From Candidatus Latescibacterota bacterium (GTDB lineage Bacteria; Latescibacterota; UBA2968; GCA-2709665): DNA of 64,000 bases. The notes below the pieces were generated by a model that worked only from the letters and a program-made list of their open reading frames with translations, was not told where the DNA came from and ran no database searches. Below are positions 9,990-21,999 of the stretch, piece after piece. The stretch is from NCBI GenBank assembly GCA_965237675.1, contig OZ250150.1:224001-288000 (forward strand), read 5' to 3'. The position numbers were made by a program, and so were the translations under genes. Numbering within the stretch: the first letter of the stretch is position 1; the number at the start of each line of letters is the position of its first letter.

Positions 9990-10727
9990 CTACTCGACTG
10001 CGAACAGACGGTTGCGCGACGGCAGGCTGACGAACTTCGAGAAGTGGTGGATCTGCAGATCGGGGTGGCGGGAATCGACGGCGGTGGGCGCTTCGATCAC
10101 GAAATCGGCGAAGTGGGGGGCATTGAATGCCACGAAGGCGAGCGACAGGGAGTCGACAAGCCGCGTGGGCCTCGACGAGAGGTCGGGAAACGCGAGCGGG
10201 CCGGTGTCGACCTGGTACCGGTCGTCCTCGCGGCGGGTATTCATCGTCTTCACCGGGCATTCGATCAGGGCCCTGAGTCCGGTTTCATCGTTTCGGATCT
10301 CGGTCTGCGAGACCAGCGGCGCGAAGCGGTACGTTTCCTCGCGGATGGACGCGTTCGACGGCAACTCGCGAATTCTCCTGCCTTCGACGAGGTGGAGGTC
10401 GTAGCCGCCGAACATCTCCGCGTACGGCCGCGTTTCCCGGTAGCGGACGCTGAAATAGGCGGGACGCCGGAAAATGAGCCCGTACCCGGCACTGAAGATC
10501 GGAAGAAAATCGTAATTCTCGCGCCGGAACAGATCCTTTTCGTGGAAGGTGTTCTCGCTCTTGCACGAGGCGGTCTGGTAGAAATCCTCGCAGATCCCCT
10601 CGCTTTCGTCGATAACGCGGGTGCGCGACTCGATCCAGAAGCGCGCCTCGTTTGTCCGCCCCTTTCCAATCAGGAACGAGCGGCCGTAGTCGAGCGGGGT
10701 CATTTCGATCTGTGAATCGCGATTCAT
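9990..10727 (-). CDS. Hypothetical protein (~245 aa)
   Basis: Protein-like composition; ATG at 10727 preferred over the upstream GTG; no motif recognised. Confidence 0.65.
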   Translation of the reverse strand: MNRDSQIEMTPLDYGRSFLIGKGRTNEARFWIESRTRVIDESEGICEDFYQTASCKSENTFHEKDLFRRENYDFLPIFSAGYGLIFRRPAYFSVRYRETRPYAEMFGGYDLHLVEGRRIRELPSNASIREETYRFAPLVSQTEIRNDETGLRALIECPVKTMNTRREDDRYQVDTGPLAFPDLSSRPTRLVDSLSLAFVAFNAPHFADFVIEAPTAVDSRHPDLQIHHFSKFVSLPSRNRLFAVE

Positions 10728-10881
10728 AGCGCACACTCGCCGGTTAGCGACACAAAACACAAAAACCCCAGAACCTCAAACGCTCCCGCAGGGTATCCCG
10801 AGGTTTAGCCCCAATCCCTTGGAACTTCCTTTGTAGCTGCGATACTTTCGGTTAACCTAATAGCAGGTTCCGGCGGGCAAT

Positions 10882-11493
10882 CTAAGTCGCAAAAAGCGGG
10901 AACTTCTCATTGATAAGCATAAGCGTTTTCTGCTTCGCAATGACCCGGTAGGAGCGACTGATGAACTTCCCGCCTTCAAGGTGCGCGACGGCACGCGGCA
11001 GACCGCTCAATGACTCCATACCGCACCAGAGCAGTTCGCGCCGAGTCTCCAGACCGATTCGCCGCAGGAGCCCGCCCAATCCCTCCCTGTCAGACGCCAA
11101 CCCTTCCAGAAAGGATTTCGGCAGACGATGCGGCACTATCAACGAGTCTGCGTACACATAAATGGTCGATGGCGAGCCGTCAGGCGTGTGGACTCGAATC
11201 ACCGCCTGCCTTGAGATCACCTTCGCCCCGATGGGTAACTCCAACCACGGATGTCCGCCTGAGAGCGTCCGTTCCGACTGCTGTAGGCGGACAACCTCCA
11301 CCGGCGTCATTGTATACGCTTCGATGAACCGTGTAACGATCCCGTCCGTAACCAGCATCCCCCTCTGAAACGGAGTGAGGCGGGACAGGTTGATTTCTCC
11401 CAACGCGGAAGGCTTGTCGTGTTGCGCCACAAAGAGTTCTTTCATGCGTGCACCGAGGACGGCGTCCGATTCGTCAGTGACGTCAGGTTTCAT
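10882..11493 (-). CDS. Chorismate pyruvate-lyase-like (DUF98/UbiC-fold) protein
   Basis: LLVTDG.VTRFIEAY-type motif (MLVTDGIVTRFIEAY), YADSLI, GLGGLL...LETRREL, SRSYRV, LMLINEKFP. Confidence 0.75.
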   Translation of the reverse strand: MKPDVTDESDAVLGARMKELFVAQHDKPSALGEINLSRLTPFQRGMLVTDGIVTRFIEAYTMTPVEVVRLQQSERTLSGGHPWLELPIGAKVISRQAVIRVHTPDGSPSTIYVYADSLIVPHRLPKSFLEGLASDREGLGGLLRRIGLETRRELLWCGMESLSGLPRAVAHLEGGKFISRSYRVIAKQKTLMLINEKFPLFAT

Positions 11494-11575
11494 GGTCCAG
11501 GTTCGCTTTCACCTGCGAGGAACGTGCGTTGGCAGTGAAGAATCATTCGGCGCGGTGACAGACAACCCACACGAA

Positions 11576-12616
11576 TCAATCTCTGAGGGGCAGCTTGATC
11601 GCTTTGCCAGTGTGGGACGAGCGGTAAGCGGCCAGGGCGATCTCGACGGCGGCCCGTCCGTCTTCCCCCGAAACGGAGGGCGGCGTATCGTCCACGATAC
11701 AGGCGATGAAATCCCGCACTTCATCGGCAAACGCTTTCTGCCGGGGATCCGGGACCGAGGCGAAGTCGTACACCGTTTCCCACTCCGTTGCACCTTCACG
11801 GGCGACCCTTACCCGGTTGTAGGGGTCGACTTCCATCAGACCGTTCTCACCGACGAGTTCGGCGCCGCAACTGAAGCCCTTCCAGCCGGGCGGGGGAAGG
11901 GCTTCGGAGTAGATGAGGTGGGCGCTGCCGCCGTTTCGGAAGGTAATCATCACCATGTTGGATGTGACGTCGTTGGGAACCTCCGTACGCAGGGAATAGG
12001 ACCGGGCAAAGACATAGTCGGCTTCGCTTTGGAACCACCACCGTAACCGGTCGATATTGTGGACACCCCACGCGATGAGGCCGCCCGGGCCGTAGAGATC
12101 CAGGTTCGTGAACCAGGCCCGGTCCGGATTGGGCCTGCGGTAGCCGGGTGTGGCGAGGGTATCCCTGCACATGAGCAGCCGGCCGATGGCGCCCTCGTCC
12201 AGAAGGCGTTTGGACACGGCGTCGCCTTCCCAGTACCGATGGCTCTGCGCGACCATGAGTTTGCGGTTCTTGCGACGGGCGGATTGAATAATGGCGTCGC
12301 ACTTGTCCAGCGTGAGTTCCAGGGGTTTTTCCACGAGCACATGTTTGCCGGCTTCGAGGGCGGCAATGGCGTGTTCGGCGTGCAGGGCGTGCGGCGTGGT
12401 GACGATAACGGCGTGGATATCGTCCCTGGAAATCAGCGATTCAAGGCTCTTCTCGTAGTCCAGGCCATACTGACCGGCAAGGCCGGGGCCGACTTCCGGC
12501 AGGTTGGCGGGATCGTTCACGGCAACGGCTTCGCCCTGCGTTACGTCTTTGAGGGCGTCGATATGGGTACGCCCCATTTTTCCTGCGCCGACGATACCCA
12601 CGCGGACGCGTTCCAT
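11576..12616 (-). CDS. Gfo/Idh/MocA family oxidoreductase
   Basis: Rossmann GIVGAGKMG, TTPHALH, GKHVLVEKP, GVHNID. Confidence 0.9.
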   Translation of the reverse strand: MERVRVGIVGAGKMGRTHIDALKDVTQGEAVAVNDPANLPEVGPGLAGQYGLDYEKSLESLISRDDIHAVIVTTPHALHAEHAIAALEAGKHVLVEKPLELTLDKCDAIIQSARRKNRKLMVAQSHRYWEGDAVSKRLLDEGAIGRLLMCRDTLATPGYRRPNPDRAWFTNLDLYGPGGLIAWGVHNIDRLRWWFQSEADYVFARSYSLRTEVPNDVTSNMVMITFRNGGSAHLIYSEALPPPGWKGFSCGAELVGENGLMEVDPYNRVRVAREGATEWETVYDFASVPDPRQKAFADEVRDFIACIVDDTPPSVSGEDGRAAVEIALAAYRSSHTGKAIKLPLRD

Positions 12617-12664
12617 TGGACCCTCTCAGGTGTGGAAAACAAGGCGGGAAAGCGGGGATTCAAC

Positions 12665-13561
12665 TTACATCAGGCGTTTACGCTTGGCAAGATAATTGAA
12701 CAAGACCGTATCGAAGGGCTCGGCGGTGTCCAGCAGGACATAGTCGATCAGGCTTTCACGGCATTCGCGGCCCAATTGTTCGGTGAGGGCGCCCATATGG
12801 TCTCTGTAATCGGATGCGATGTGCCACGGTTCGGTGGTCACGGAGGCACCGGATTCGAGATCGACGAACCGGGTTTCGCGACCAAAGGCGAGATCCCGTT
12901 CCCTGGGATCCAGAATGTGGAAGACGATTACTTCGTGTTTGCGGTGCCGGAAGTGTTTCAGGCCGGAAAGCAGGGAACGCGGGTCGTCCATCAGATCGGA
13001 CAGGACCACGATAAGACCGCGTCGCACAATACGTTCGGCAAGGCTGTGGAAGGTTGTGGCCAGGTCGGTGTCTTCTCCCTCGGGGTCTGTATTCTGTAGC
13101 GTTCGAAGCAGGGCGTGAAGATGCGTACTCGCTGATCTGGGCGGGAGGTAGGTGCGGATGCCGCGGTCGAAGGCTACCAGGCCGACGGCGTCGCGCTGGC
13201 GCAGCATCAGGTGTGAGAGGGCGGCAGCGGTATAGGCGGCATACTGATACTTGGTGAGGGCAGTGGAGCCATATGCCATCGACCGGCTGGCGTCCAGGAG
13301 GATATAGGCCTTGAGGTTGGTTTCTTCTTCATATTGTTTCACGTACAGCCGGTCGGTCTTGCCGTAAACCTTCCAGTCGACGTTGCGCGGCGGGTCACCC
13401 GGTATGTACTGACGGTATTCGGAGAATTCAACCGAGAATCCATGGTACGGACTCTGGTGCAGGCCCGTGATGAAGCCCTCGACCACGAGGCGGGCAACCA
13501 GGTCGAGGCGGGACAGGCGGGCGACAACGTCGGGCTGGAGGTACGCGCGGAAATCGGGCAT
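12665..13561 (-). CDS. DUF58 domain protein
   Basis: GLHQSPYHGFSVEFSEYRQY.PGD, DWKVYGKTDR, LDASRSM. Confidence 0.9.
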   Translation of the reverse strand: MPDFRAYLQPDVVARLSRLDLVARLVVEGFITGLHQSPYHGFSVEFSEYRQYIPGDPPRNVDWKVYGKTDRLYVKQYEEETNLKAYILLDASRSMAYGSTALTKYQYAAYTAAALSHLMLRQRDAVGLVAFDRGIRTYLPPRSASTHLHALLRTLQNTDPEGEDTDLATTFHSLAERIVRRGLIVVLSDLMDDPRSLLSGLKHFRHRKHEVIVFHILDPRERDLAFGRETRFVDLESGASVTTEPWHIASDYRDHMGALTEQLGRECRESLIDYVLLDTAEPFDTVLFNYLAKRKRLM

Positions 13562-13581
13562 CGGCGTTCGGAATTGAGGAA

Positions 13582-14577
<996 letters not shown>

Positions 14578-14659
14578 GGTTGGGAAATCCTTTGCGGGGC
14601 GGAAGGTACCGTTTTCGCCGATTCTCCAGGCCGCCGGCTGCTGACCGCCGGGGCTTCGT

Positions 14660-16018
14660 TCAGGTTTTCTGTTTCTGTTTTTTGGCTGCGGGAAAAAGGA
14701 CGTTGTTCAATATGAGGCGATAGCCAGGCGAGTTCGGGCGCAGGGCGAGTTGCGTGGGCGGGTCGCCTACGAAGTGGCGATAATCTTCCGGGTCGTGGCC
14801 GGCATAGAACGTAAACGTGCCCCGGCCCACGTTACCGTGGATGTATTTGACCTGGTCCGTACCGCTCACCTCGCCCATAATGGTGACCGACTTCTTGATT
14901 CGGCCCTTTCGGAATGCCGTGGTCTGCCCCAGAAACCCCCGGACAACGGGAACGTGGTTCTGGGTGAGCATGGTGGGCACCGGATCAAATTTGGCCGAAA
15001 ACTCAAACAGGGTGAACGCGTCCGCATCGGGCCCGCGGAACTGCGCGCCTGTGGTGGGCGAGACGTCGATGTCCGCGTGTTCATATTCCAGAGGGTCCGT
15101 GACCAGGGAAAAGTTCTCAAATGCGATGGTTCTTGAAAAATCCAACCTGGCCTGTGCCGCGGGGTGGGGCGGATCCCCGTCGTACACGGTATCGACAATG
15201 TCGACACCGGCCGAGGCCAGGGCAATGTCAAAGGTATCTGTGGCGGAACACATGGCAAAGACAAACCCGCCATCGGAGATGTATTCCAGAATGGTCCGGG
15301 CAACGGCGCCTTTTTCCAGGGACACCTTTTTGAAACCGAGGCGGCTGGCAAGGCTTTCGAACTGGGCCTGCTGACGCCGGTACCAGAGTTCGTGGCCGTG
15401 GCTGCGATAGAATTTTCCGTATTGGCCGGTGAAATCTTCATGATGCAGATGCAACCAGTCATACTCGGAGAGTTTACCGGCAAGCACTTCCTCGTCCCAG
15501 AGGATGTCGTACGGGATTTCGGCGTAGGACAGGGCCAGGGTGACGGCGTCGTCCCAGGGCTGTTTGTTGGGCGGCGTATACACTGCAATTTTCGGCGCTC
15601 TTTCCAGCCGAACGGGATTCATGTTTTCGTGCTCGATCTCCGCGAATATTCGTACGGCATCGGCGCCGGCGATGCGCTCGAAAGAGACGTCGCGCAGACG
15701 GGCCTCCATGGCCGCCGATTCCACGTATTCCATCATGAAGGCGCCGCCCCGGTAGTTGAGCAGCCACTCGACGTCGATACTCTGTTGCAGCGACCAGTAG
15801 GCCAGCCCATAGGCCTTGAGATGATTGGTCTGCCCCAGGTCCATGGGGATGAGCAGTTTGTCGGCGGCCGCGTGGGAAGAGAACCCGAGCAGACACAGAC
15901 AGAAAGCCATGGTCCTGACGAGAAGACCGGGGACTCCACACGGGGGGCGGGCGAAGCGAGTGTCCACCCGGGGGCCTGGGGAGGACGTCTTTCGGTACTG
16001 CCGGCAGTGAGTCTTCAC
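14660..16018 (-). CDS. Conserved exported protein with class I glutamine-amidotransferase-like domain (often mis-annotated as asparagine synthetase B); real start may be ATG 15910
   Basis: Signal-peptide-like segment, then LLIPMD..QTNHLKAYG, WLLNYRGG, WLHLHHEDFTGQYGKF, FAMCSATD. Confidence 0.75.
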   Translation of the reverse strand: MKTHCRQYRKTSSPGPRVDTRFARPPCGVPGLLVRTMAFCLCLLGFSSHAAADKLLIPMDLGQTNHLKAYGLAYWSLQQSIDVEWLLNYRGGAFMMEYVESAAMEARLRDVSFERIAGADAVRIFAEIEHENMNPVRLERAPKIAVYTPPNKQPWDDAVTLALSYAEIPYDILWDEEVLAGKLSEYDWLHLHHEDFTGQYGKFYRSHGHELWYRRQQAQFESLASRLGFKKVSLEKGAVARTILEYISDGGFVFAMCSATDTFDIALASAGVDIVDTVYDGDPPHPAAQARLDFSRTIAFENFSLVTDPLEYEHADIDVSPTTGAQFRGPDADAFTLFEFSAKFDPVPTMLTQNHVPVVRGFLGQTTAFRKGRIKKSVTIMGEVSGTDQVKYIHGNVGRGTFTFYAGHDPEDYRHFVGDPPTQLALRPNSPGYRLILNNVLFPAAKKQKQKT

Positions 16019-17845
16019 CTATCCGGGCTCCTTGCGGTTGGCCTCAAGGGCTTTTATCTTCTCTCGAAGCGCCCGCACCTGTTCCCGGGCCTCCTCTGCT
16101 TCCAGGCTGTGCGGATATGCCGCCAGCACAGATTCGTATGTGCGCAGTGCTTCCTGGTATCGGCCCAGCCGTTGGTCGTAGATCCTGCCCATGGTGACCA
16201 TCGCCTCCGGGCACAACGGGCTCCACGGGACGGTCGCAAGCAGGTGCCGGGACATCCGGATGGCTTCGTTGTGACTGCCGAGTCTATCCAGAAGCGCGAT
16301 CTGACTCGCCAGGGCACGGTCCAGTAGCCGCGACTTCCCATGGGTTTCTACAAACGTCCGGAAGGCGTCCAGGGCCCTTTCCGGTTTTTGCTGTCGCATG
16401 AGCCTGGACGCCGCTGAATAGGATTGAAGCACCCCGACATCTTCAAATTCGGCCTGCTCGAGCAGGACCGCCAACGCCAGCGCATCGTTGAAAGCGAATC
16501 GGTTGGACGAGCCCGACAAAAGGCTGTCAATAATGGCGCGGGCGGCGCCTAAGTCACCCGAAAAGAAACGGCACTGCGCAATACCGAAACGAGCCTGGGC
16601 GGCGTCTTCCTTGCCGTGTTGTTCACGTGCCACGCGGGCGTAAACCGATTCGGCCTCCGCGAGCCGGTCCGACAGAACCATCATATCCGCGATTTCGAAG
16701 AGGGCGCGATGGCGCCAGGAAGAACGCCTCTTCGCCCCTGCGACGGCGCGAAATACATCCAGTGCGGCCGCAGTATCCCGGTAGACCCCGCGCAAGAGAC
16801 GTCCCAGACGATAACCGGCCTCGTGGGCACGTACAGTCCGGGGAAATCTGCCAATCAGATTCCTGTACATCGTCGCAGCCGTGTCGACCTGCGACAATCC
16901 TTCGCTTGCCCTCCCCAGGCCCAGCAATGCGCCGGGCAACTGGGCGGTGGTATCGAGTCGGTCCAACAGCAGACGATAAGCCGCGGCCGCCGTGTCGAAC
17001 TCGCCGGCATCGAAGGCGTGTTTGGCGACTCGGAACAAGAGCGTCTTCTGAAGCGGATCGAGACGTGAGAACGTCGCAAAGACCCGCAGGGCCGGCTCCT
17101 CACGTCGGGCCGCCAGGGCGTATTCCGTGAACAGCCGCAGTGAAATCTCGTCTCCTGGATGGGTCCGGACCTCCTGGCCGAGTGTGGCAAGTATCCGTTC
17201 CTGGTGATCGCCCTCCTGGGCAAATTTCCTGAAGCGGGTTTCGACGAACCCGAGAGACTGCGGCTGTTGCCGAACAAAATCCAGGTATTCGGCGACGGCG
17301 TCGGGATAACGCGCGAGCCTGTCGGCGATTTCAGCCATTTCCCTGGCGAAGAGCCGCGGGTTTTTCAGGGTTTTTCGTCCCTGCCGGCAAACGGAAAGCG
17401 CCCGCGACGGAAGGTTGTGTTTCAGGAGGCTTTGCGCAACCCTCTGAAACGTACCCTCATCGGCTGCTTCCGTGACGATTCGGTTCCAGTTTGCAATTGC
17501 CCCATCCAGGTTGCCCGTTTCGGACTGGACGTCCGCCAGACGGAAACGGACCGACCTCTCCCGCGGTCTCTTTTGAAGATGGGATTCCAGGAGGCGAATG
17601 GCTTCGCCGCGGCGCCCCGTGCGGAAGAGAAGGGATTCCATACGGAGGAGAATGTCAGCGCGGTTCGGATACCGTTTCAAGAGCTTCCTGTAAAGGTGCA
17701 ACGCGCCCTTCAGGTCGCCGGATGCTTTCTTCGCATCGGCGTGTTTCAGGGTCTCGCTGGCAGTGCCGGCGGGGAGACTCACCGGCAAGAGTACGACAAG
17801 GGCCGCAAGGATCGGGAACAGGCGAGATGAAGTCCGGGTCTTCAT
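16019..17845 (-). CDS. Exported tetratricopeptide-repeat protein
   Basis: Signal peptide; repeated A...Y..L...YP/FP TPR helices. Confidence 0.85.
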   Translation of the reverse strand: MKTRTSSRLFPILAALVVLLPVSLPAGTASETLKHADAKKASGDLKGALHLYRKLLKRYPNRADILLRMESLLFRTGRRGEAIRLLESHLQKRPRERSVRFRLADVQSETGNLDGAIANWNRIVTEAADEGTFQRVAQSLLKHNLPSRALSVCRQGRKTLKNPRLFAREMAEIADRLARYPDAVAEYLDFVRQQPQSLGFVETRFRKFAQEGDHQERILATLGQEVRTHPGDEISLRLFTEYALAARREEPALRVFATFSRLDPLQKTLLFRVAKHAFDAGEFDTAAAAYRLLLDRLDTTAQLPGALLGLGRASEGLSQVDTAATMYRNLIGRFPRTVRAHEAGYRLGRLLRGVYRDTAAALDVFRAVAGAKRRSSWRHRALFEIADMMVLSDRLAEAESVYARVAREQHGKEDAAQARFGIAQCRFFSGDLGAARAIIDSLLSGSSNRFAFNDALALAVLLEQAEFEDVGVLQSYSAASRLMRQQKPERALDAFRTFVETHGKSRLLDRALASQIALLDRLGSHNEAIRMSRHLLATVPWSPLCPEAMVTMGRIYDQRLGRYQEALRTYESVLAAYPHSLEAEEAREQVRALREKIKALEANRKEPG

Positions 17846-20800
17846 TGGGAATTCTCGCGTTTCAGCGCGTCCTGCATCAATGCTTCGAAGTAGTTCCGGA
17901 TGAGTCGCTGGTATTCGGTGGCAAAACCCGCATCGAGCGCCTTCCGGAGCCGGTCACGGAGCGGGTTGTCCGCTTCTCCCAGATTTGAAGGCAGCGAACC
18001 CGGCCCCTCGTACGCGAGGTCTGTACCCCGCCTGGCACGCCGTTCTCTGCTTCGGTCGCGTTCACGAATCGACCTCTGGGCATCCAGCAGGCGTGAGAGA
18101 ATCCTGCGCTGGCGTTCGAGTGTACGGCTGCCGACGCGGCGGTTCTTCATCTCCTGAATGACCGCGTTCATTTCGGAAGCGATATTATCCAGATCGCCGA
18201 GCAGCGCCTGTCTACGGCTGCCCATCTGCTGGCGGATTTCCTCCAGTGCCTGCTGGATGGCTCTCTGTCGGGCGGCCATGCGAGCGAGGCTCAATTGCTG
18301 GCCGGGTTCCTCCACCGCGGGGCGCTGCGGGCCGAACATGGATTCACTCTGAGCGTTCAGACCCGCCTGCCGGTCGGCCACGTCCTGCATGCGCTGAAGC
18401 ATTTCTTCATAGCCGACCGAAGAACCGGCAGCGGCGATGTCCTTGACCACCCGACGGAGCGCCAACGCCGTGGCGTTGAGGGCGCCCATTGCGTCCTGGC
18501 CGGTACGCGTTGCCCGGGATCCGGCGCGGGCCTGGATATGTCCGGCGGTCTCGCGGATCTTAATGAGAGCCCGACCCAGCGCCGCGCCGGTTTCGGGCGT
18601 TACAAAATAGGTCCTGTGAGCGACTTCCATCAGGTGGTCCGCCAGACGCGCTGCGCCGGCCAGAATACGGGCTTGCTCAAGCGCAAGCGCCGTCGGGTCG
18701 CTATCCCGGGAGATATCCCCCGCCTTACGCGCGGTCTTTTCCTGCGCGGCGGAAAGGCCCAGCAGGTTGTGCGTTAACTGATCGAGTTGGCGCGTCAGCG
18801 CTTCTTTCTGCCGACTGACGAAGGCCTGCCTCGCCGCCTGGAGTTCGCTCGCGAACCTGTTGAGATCTTCCGCTATGCGTGCACCGCGGTTTCGGGCGGA
18901 CCGTGCTGCTCCCTCGCGCAATTCGCGACTGACCTGCCGCATCCGCCCGGGGATACGCTGCTTTTCAAAACGGTCCGCCAGGCGTCCCAGTTCGTTCGCC
19001 ACCCCGGGGTGCTCCGCCAATTTCCCGGCAGTCTGCGCAAGTTCATCCTCAAATGAATCGGCCCGCCTTTCAATCGCGTCCTGTTGCCCGGCCACGGACG
19101 AAGGATCACGTTCATCGGCGATGTTGTCAACCACGCGCCGCTGATCTTCAGTCAGCGCTTCCAGCGTCCTGGCCAGCGCCTCTAGGTTCTGCTCGTCCCT
19201 CAGTTGTTGCAGCAGAGCGATCGTCCGCTCCAGAGCCTGCTGAAACCCGTCCTGTTCGGCACGGAACGCCTTGAGGGCCTCCTTCACGGCTTCAGGGTCG
19301 ACGCGCTGCATGGCGTCGCGGAGTTTCTCCATAGCTTCTTTCAATCCAGGCGTCTCAATTTCGGTGAGCAGCTCCTGAATCTGGTTCAGCTTTTGAAGCG
19401 TTTCGTCCCCGAGAAGTCCGCTCTGTTCCAGCCGGTCGAGCGTTTCTTCGAGTTTCTCGCTAACTTTCTCAAGATGCTCCGCCGCGGTGACCTGGTCCTT
19501 AATTGCGGTTTCCAGTTCCTTACGGTGCTGCCATTGCATCTCCTGTCCTTTCAAGAGTCGACGCGCAATCTCTTCTAGGCGTTCCCGAACCGCCTTTCCG
19601 CCTTCCCGGATGTCTGTCATCCGTTCCAGCCCCTCTTCCTGGGCTCTTTGCGCCTGCCGGTGGATTTCCAGGAGAGAAGGAAAGCGGATGGTGAAGGCCG
19701 GTGTTTCTGCTGTGCCGGGGCCGGAGACGATGTTGGTGTCATACGCGCGCAGCCGAAAGACGACCCGGTCGCCCGGCAGCAAATCCAGGCTTGAAAGATC
19801 CCAGACGGTGGTCTGGGTGAGTTCTCCTGCGCCCGGGTTTACCAGGGGGAGGGGTATGGTATTCTGCTCCGCGTCATCGTTCAGGAGGTAACGAATCTCG
19901 ATCCGCGCGACGCCGAAGTCGTCGCGGGCTTCCACGAATAGAGGGACCCGCATGTTTTCCCCCAATTCGGTGTCTCTGCCCGGTCGGAGAAGGCGGATTT
20001 CAGGCGGTTGGTCCTTAAGGGCCACAACGCGGTATTCTACAGGATTCGTGCTGGGGATACCGTGGGTATCGCGCAGGACGATTGTATATCGCCGGTTCTG
20101 CCTGACGGTCAGATTGACACGAGCGAAACTTCCGTTAATCCCTGCCGGTGACGCGGTGCTGTCGTCGAAGACGATTTCAACCGTTTTCAGCGGCAGGCTG
20201 GATTCGACGTGGAGGGCGGTCGAGGTTCCGGCAATGGCCACAATGTCGCCACCGCCTATGTCCCTGACTTCCTCCAGCCGGGTATAGGCCGGATAACGGT
20301 TGTCGTGTTTGATCCGCACGACCATCGGCCGGGGTTTCGCGGTGAGCGTGTAAACCGGCGTTTCCGCGTCGTTCGCGCGAAGACGGTACTGAAACGACCG
20401 TGTAACCGAGGGCATCCTGTGCGCGATCCGCCCGTTCCGGACGGTAAGCTCAACTGGTGTCCACGTATCGTCTTCCCGCATGTGCATGTGGGCCCGGAGG
20501 GGCACGAGACCGGTGAGAGTCGCCGTTATTTCGAAGGGTTCGCCGGCGATGACTTCAGCGCTACCGGGCTGAAGTGCAATAAAGGTCTCGGGCGGACGGA
20601 CATAGACTGCTGCCGGATGGGCGAGCCGTCGGGCGGCCGCGGTAAGCGGTCCGGGAAGAATTGCGAACGCGAGGAGAATGGCCAGACCGAGAGCGCCACA
20701 CAGGGCAGCCATCCGCAGGGGTGGCGTGCGGGCGACAAGGAGGTCCAGATTCAGCCTCGCAAGCGTTTCATCCGCCTGAATCACCGCGGCTTCGACCATC

Positions 20801-21177
20801 GGGGACGAATAGTCGGTGTCCCTGTGGGAACCCCAGAGTTGCAGCGCACTGATCAGGCGTTGCTGCAGGCCTCCGAACGCGTGTTCGACCTGCAACGCCA
20901 CGTCTTCCGGCGAAGGTGGAAGGAACAGCGGGCGAACGCAGTACGATGCCGCAAGGCCGACGAGAACAAGCCCCGCGACCCCCTCCGCGGCCAACTTGAC
21001 AGCTGGCAGAAGATACAGGGCGGTCTCCAGGAGAAGCAAAACAAAAAAACCCGCCAGCGCACAGCAGAGGGTCAACCCCGCACCGTACAGAATGCGGGCG
21101 GCCGTTTGCCTTCTGCGAAGCGCGTACAACCTGCGCAGCAGGTTCTGGTATGCGGAATTTGCGATTGGCCTGGACAT
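17842..21177 (-). CDS. DUF4175-like membrane protein with long coiled-coil C-terminus
   Basis: N-terminal TM helices, RLISALQL, Ig-like middle (DQPPEI, ARDDFGV), C-terminal RQRRILSRLLDA and Y..LIRNYF. Confidence 0.8.
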   Translation of the reverse strand: MSRPIANSAYQNLLRRLYALRRRQTAARILYGAGLTLCCALAGFFVLLLLETALYLLPAVKLAAEGVAGLVLVGLAASYCVRPLFLPPSPEDVALQVEHAFGGLQQRLISALQLWGSHRDTDYSSPMVEAAVIQADETLARLNLDLLVARTPPLRMAALCGALGLAILLAFAILPGPLTAAARRLAHPAAVYVRPPETFIALQPGSAEVIAGEPFEITATLTGLVPLRAHMHMREDDTWTPVELTVRNGRIAHRMPSVTRSFQYRLRANDAETPVYTLTAKPRPMVVRIKHDNRYPAYTRLEEVRDIGGGDIVAIAGTSTALHVESSLPLKTVEIVFDDSTASPAGINGSFARVNLTVRQNRRYTIVLRDTHGIPSTNPVEYRVVALKDQPPEIRLLRPGRDTELGENMRVPLFVEARDDFGVARIEIRYLLNDDAEQNTIPLPLVNPGAGELTQTTVWDLSSLDLLPGDRVVFRLRAYDTNIVSGPGTAETPAFTIRFPSLLEIHRQAQRAQEEGLERMTDIREGGKAVRERLEEIARRLLKGQEMQWQHRKELETAIKDQVTAAEHLEKVSEKLEETLDRLEQSGLLGDETLQKLNQIQELLTEIETPGLKEAMEKLRDAMQRVDPEAVKEALKAFRAEQDGFQQALERTIALLQQLRDEQNLEALARTLEALTEDQRRVVDNIADERDPSSVAGQQDAIERRADSFEDELAQTAGKLAEHPGVANELGRLADRFEKQRIPGRMRQVSRELREGAARSARNRGARIAEDLNRFASELQAARQAFVSRQKEALTRQLDQLTHNLLGLSAAQEKTARKAGDISRDSDPTALALEQARILAGAARLADHLMEVAHRTYFVTPETGAALGRALIKIRETAGHIQARAGSRATRTGQDAMGALNATALALRRVVKDIAAAGSSVGYEEMLQRMQDVADRQAGLNAQSESMFGPQRPAVEEPGQQLSLARMAARQRAIQQALEEIRQQMGSRRQALLGDLDNIASEMNAVIQEMKNRRVGSRTLERQRRILSRLLDAQRSIRERDRSRERRARRGTDLAYEGPGSLPSNLGEADNPLRDRLRKALDAGFATEYQRLIRNYFEALMQDALKRENSQ

Positions 21178-21279
21178 AAGTGAGGTGAGCGCAGGGACGG
21201 AGGTCCCGCTTTGCCGGCGTGAACGAGGTACGGGGCGGCGGCGTTACGGATCCCTTTCTGCGTGGGACCGGTCGCGCGG

Positions 21280-21999
21280 TTAATGCGTGAGCGTCCAGAC
21301 GATGACGTTCGTCCCCATTTTCAAGGCGGCGTCCCGCTTCTCCGGCGGATCTTTGTGAACGGCGGCATCGTTCCAGCCATCGCCGAGGTCGCTCTCGTAA
21401 TTGTAAAAGACCACGAGGCGTCCTTCGTGAAAGATGCCGAAGGCCTGCGGCCGTTTCCCGTCGTGCTCGTGGATTTTGGGCAGGCCGCCCGGAAATGGGA
21501 ACGGGTGTTGAAAGATGCCGTGAGAGGGCGGCAGCTCCACCAGTTCTTTGTCGGGAAAGGTCCGTTTGATTTCACGGCGAAACGCTTCATCGAGTCCGTA
21601 GTCGTCGTTGGCAAACAGGAAGCCGCCGTGTTCGAGGTACGTGCGAAGGCGCCTGACCTCATCTTCTGTAAATCGGATATTCCCGTGCCCGGTGAGGTAG
21701 AGAACTGGAAAGGTAAAGAGGTTTTCGTCCATGATTTCTACGCGGGCTTCCTGTTTTGCCGTATGGATCGTCGTTCGGGTTCGGATAAAGGCCAGAAGGT
21801 TGGGAATCTCGGTCGGGCCGTTGTACCAGTCTCCGCCGCCGGCGAATTTGAGTCGCGCCATTGTGAATGACGCCGGAGGATGTGACAGCTGAGCCGAGGA
21901 GCGGCCGGCGAAGCCCATCAGAAGGAAGAGAACAGCGCACGGTACGCGCCAACGTGTGGTTGGCCCGACGGTGTTGTTGTGCTTTTTTTTTTGGTTCAC
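21280..21999 (-). CDS. DUF4159 domain protein
   Basis: GGGDWY, LYLTGHG, GGFLFANDDYG, LPKIHEHD, ESDLGDGW. Confidence 0.85.
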   Translation of the reverse strand: MNQKKKHNNTVGPTTRWRVPCAVLFLLMGFAGRSSAQLSHPPASFTMARLKFAGGGDWYNGPTEIPNLLAFIRTRTTIHTAKQEARVEIMDENLFTFPVLYLTGHGNIRFTEDEVRRLRTYLEHGGFLFANDDYGLDEAFRREIKRTFPDKELVELPPSHGIFQHPFPFPGGLPKIHEHDGKRPQAFGIFHEGRLVVFYNYESDLGDGWNDAAVHKDPPEKRDAALKMGTNVIVWTLTH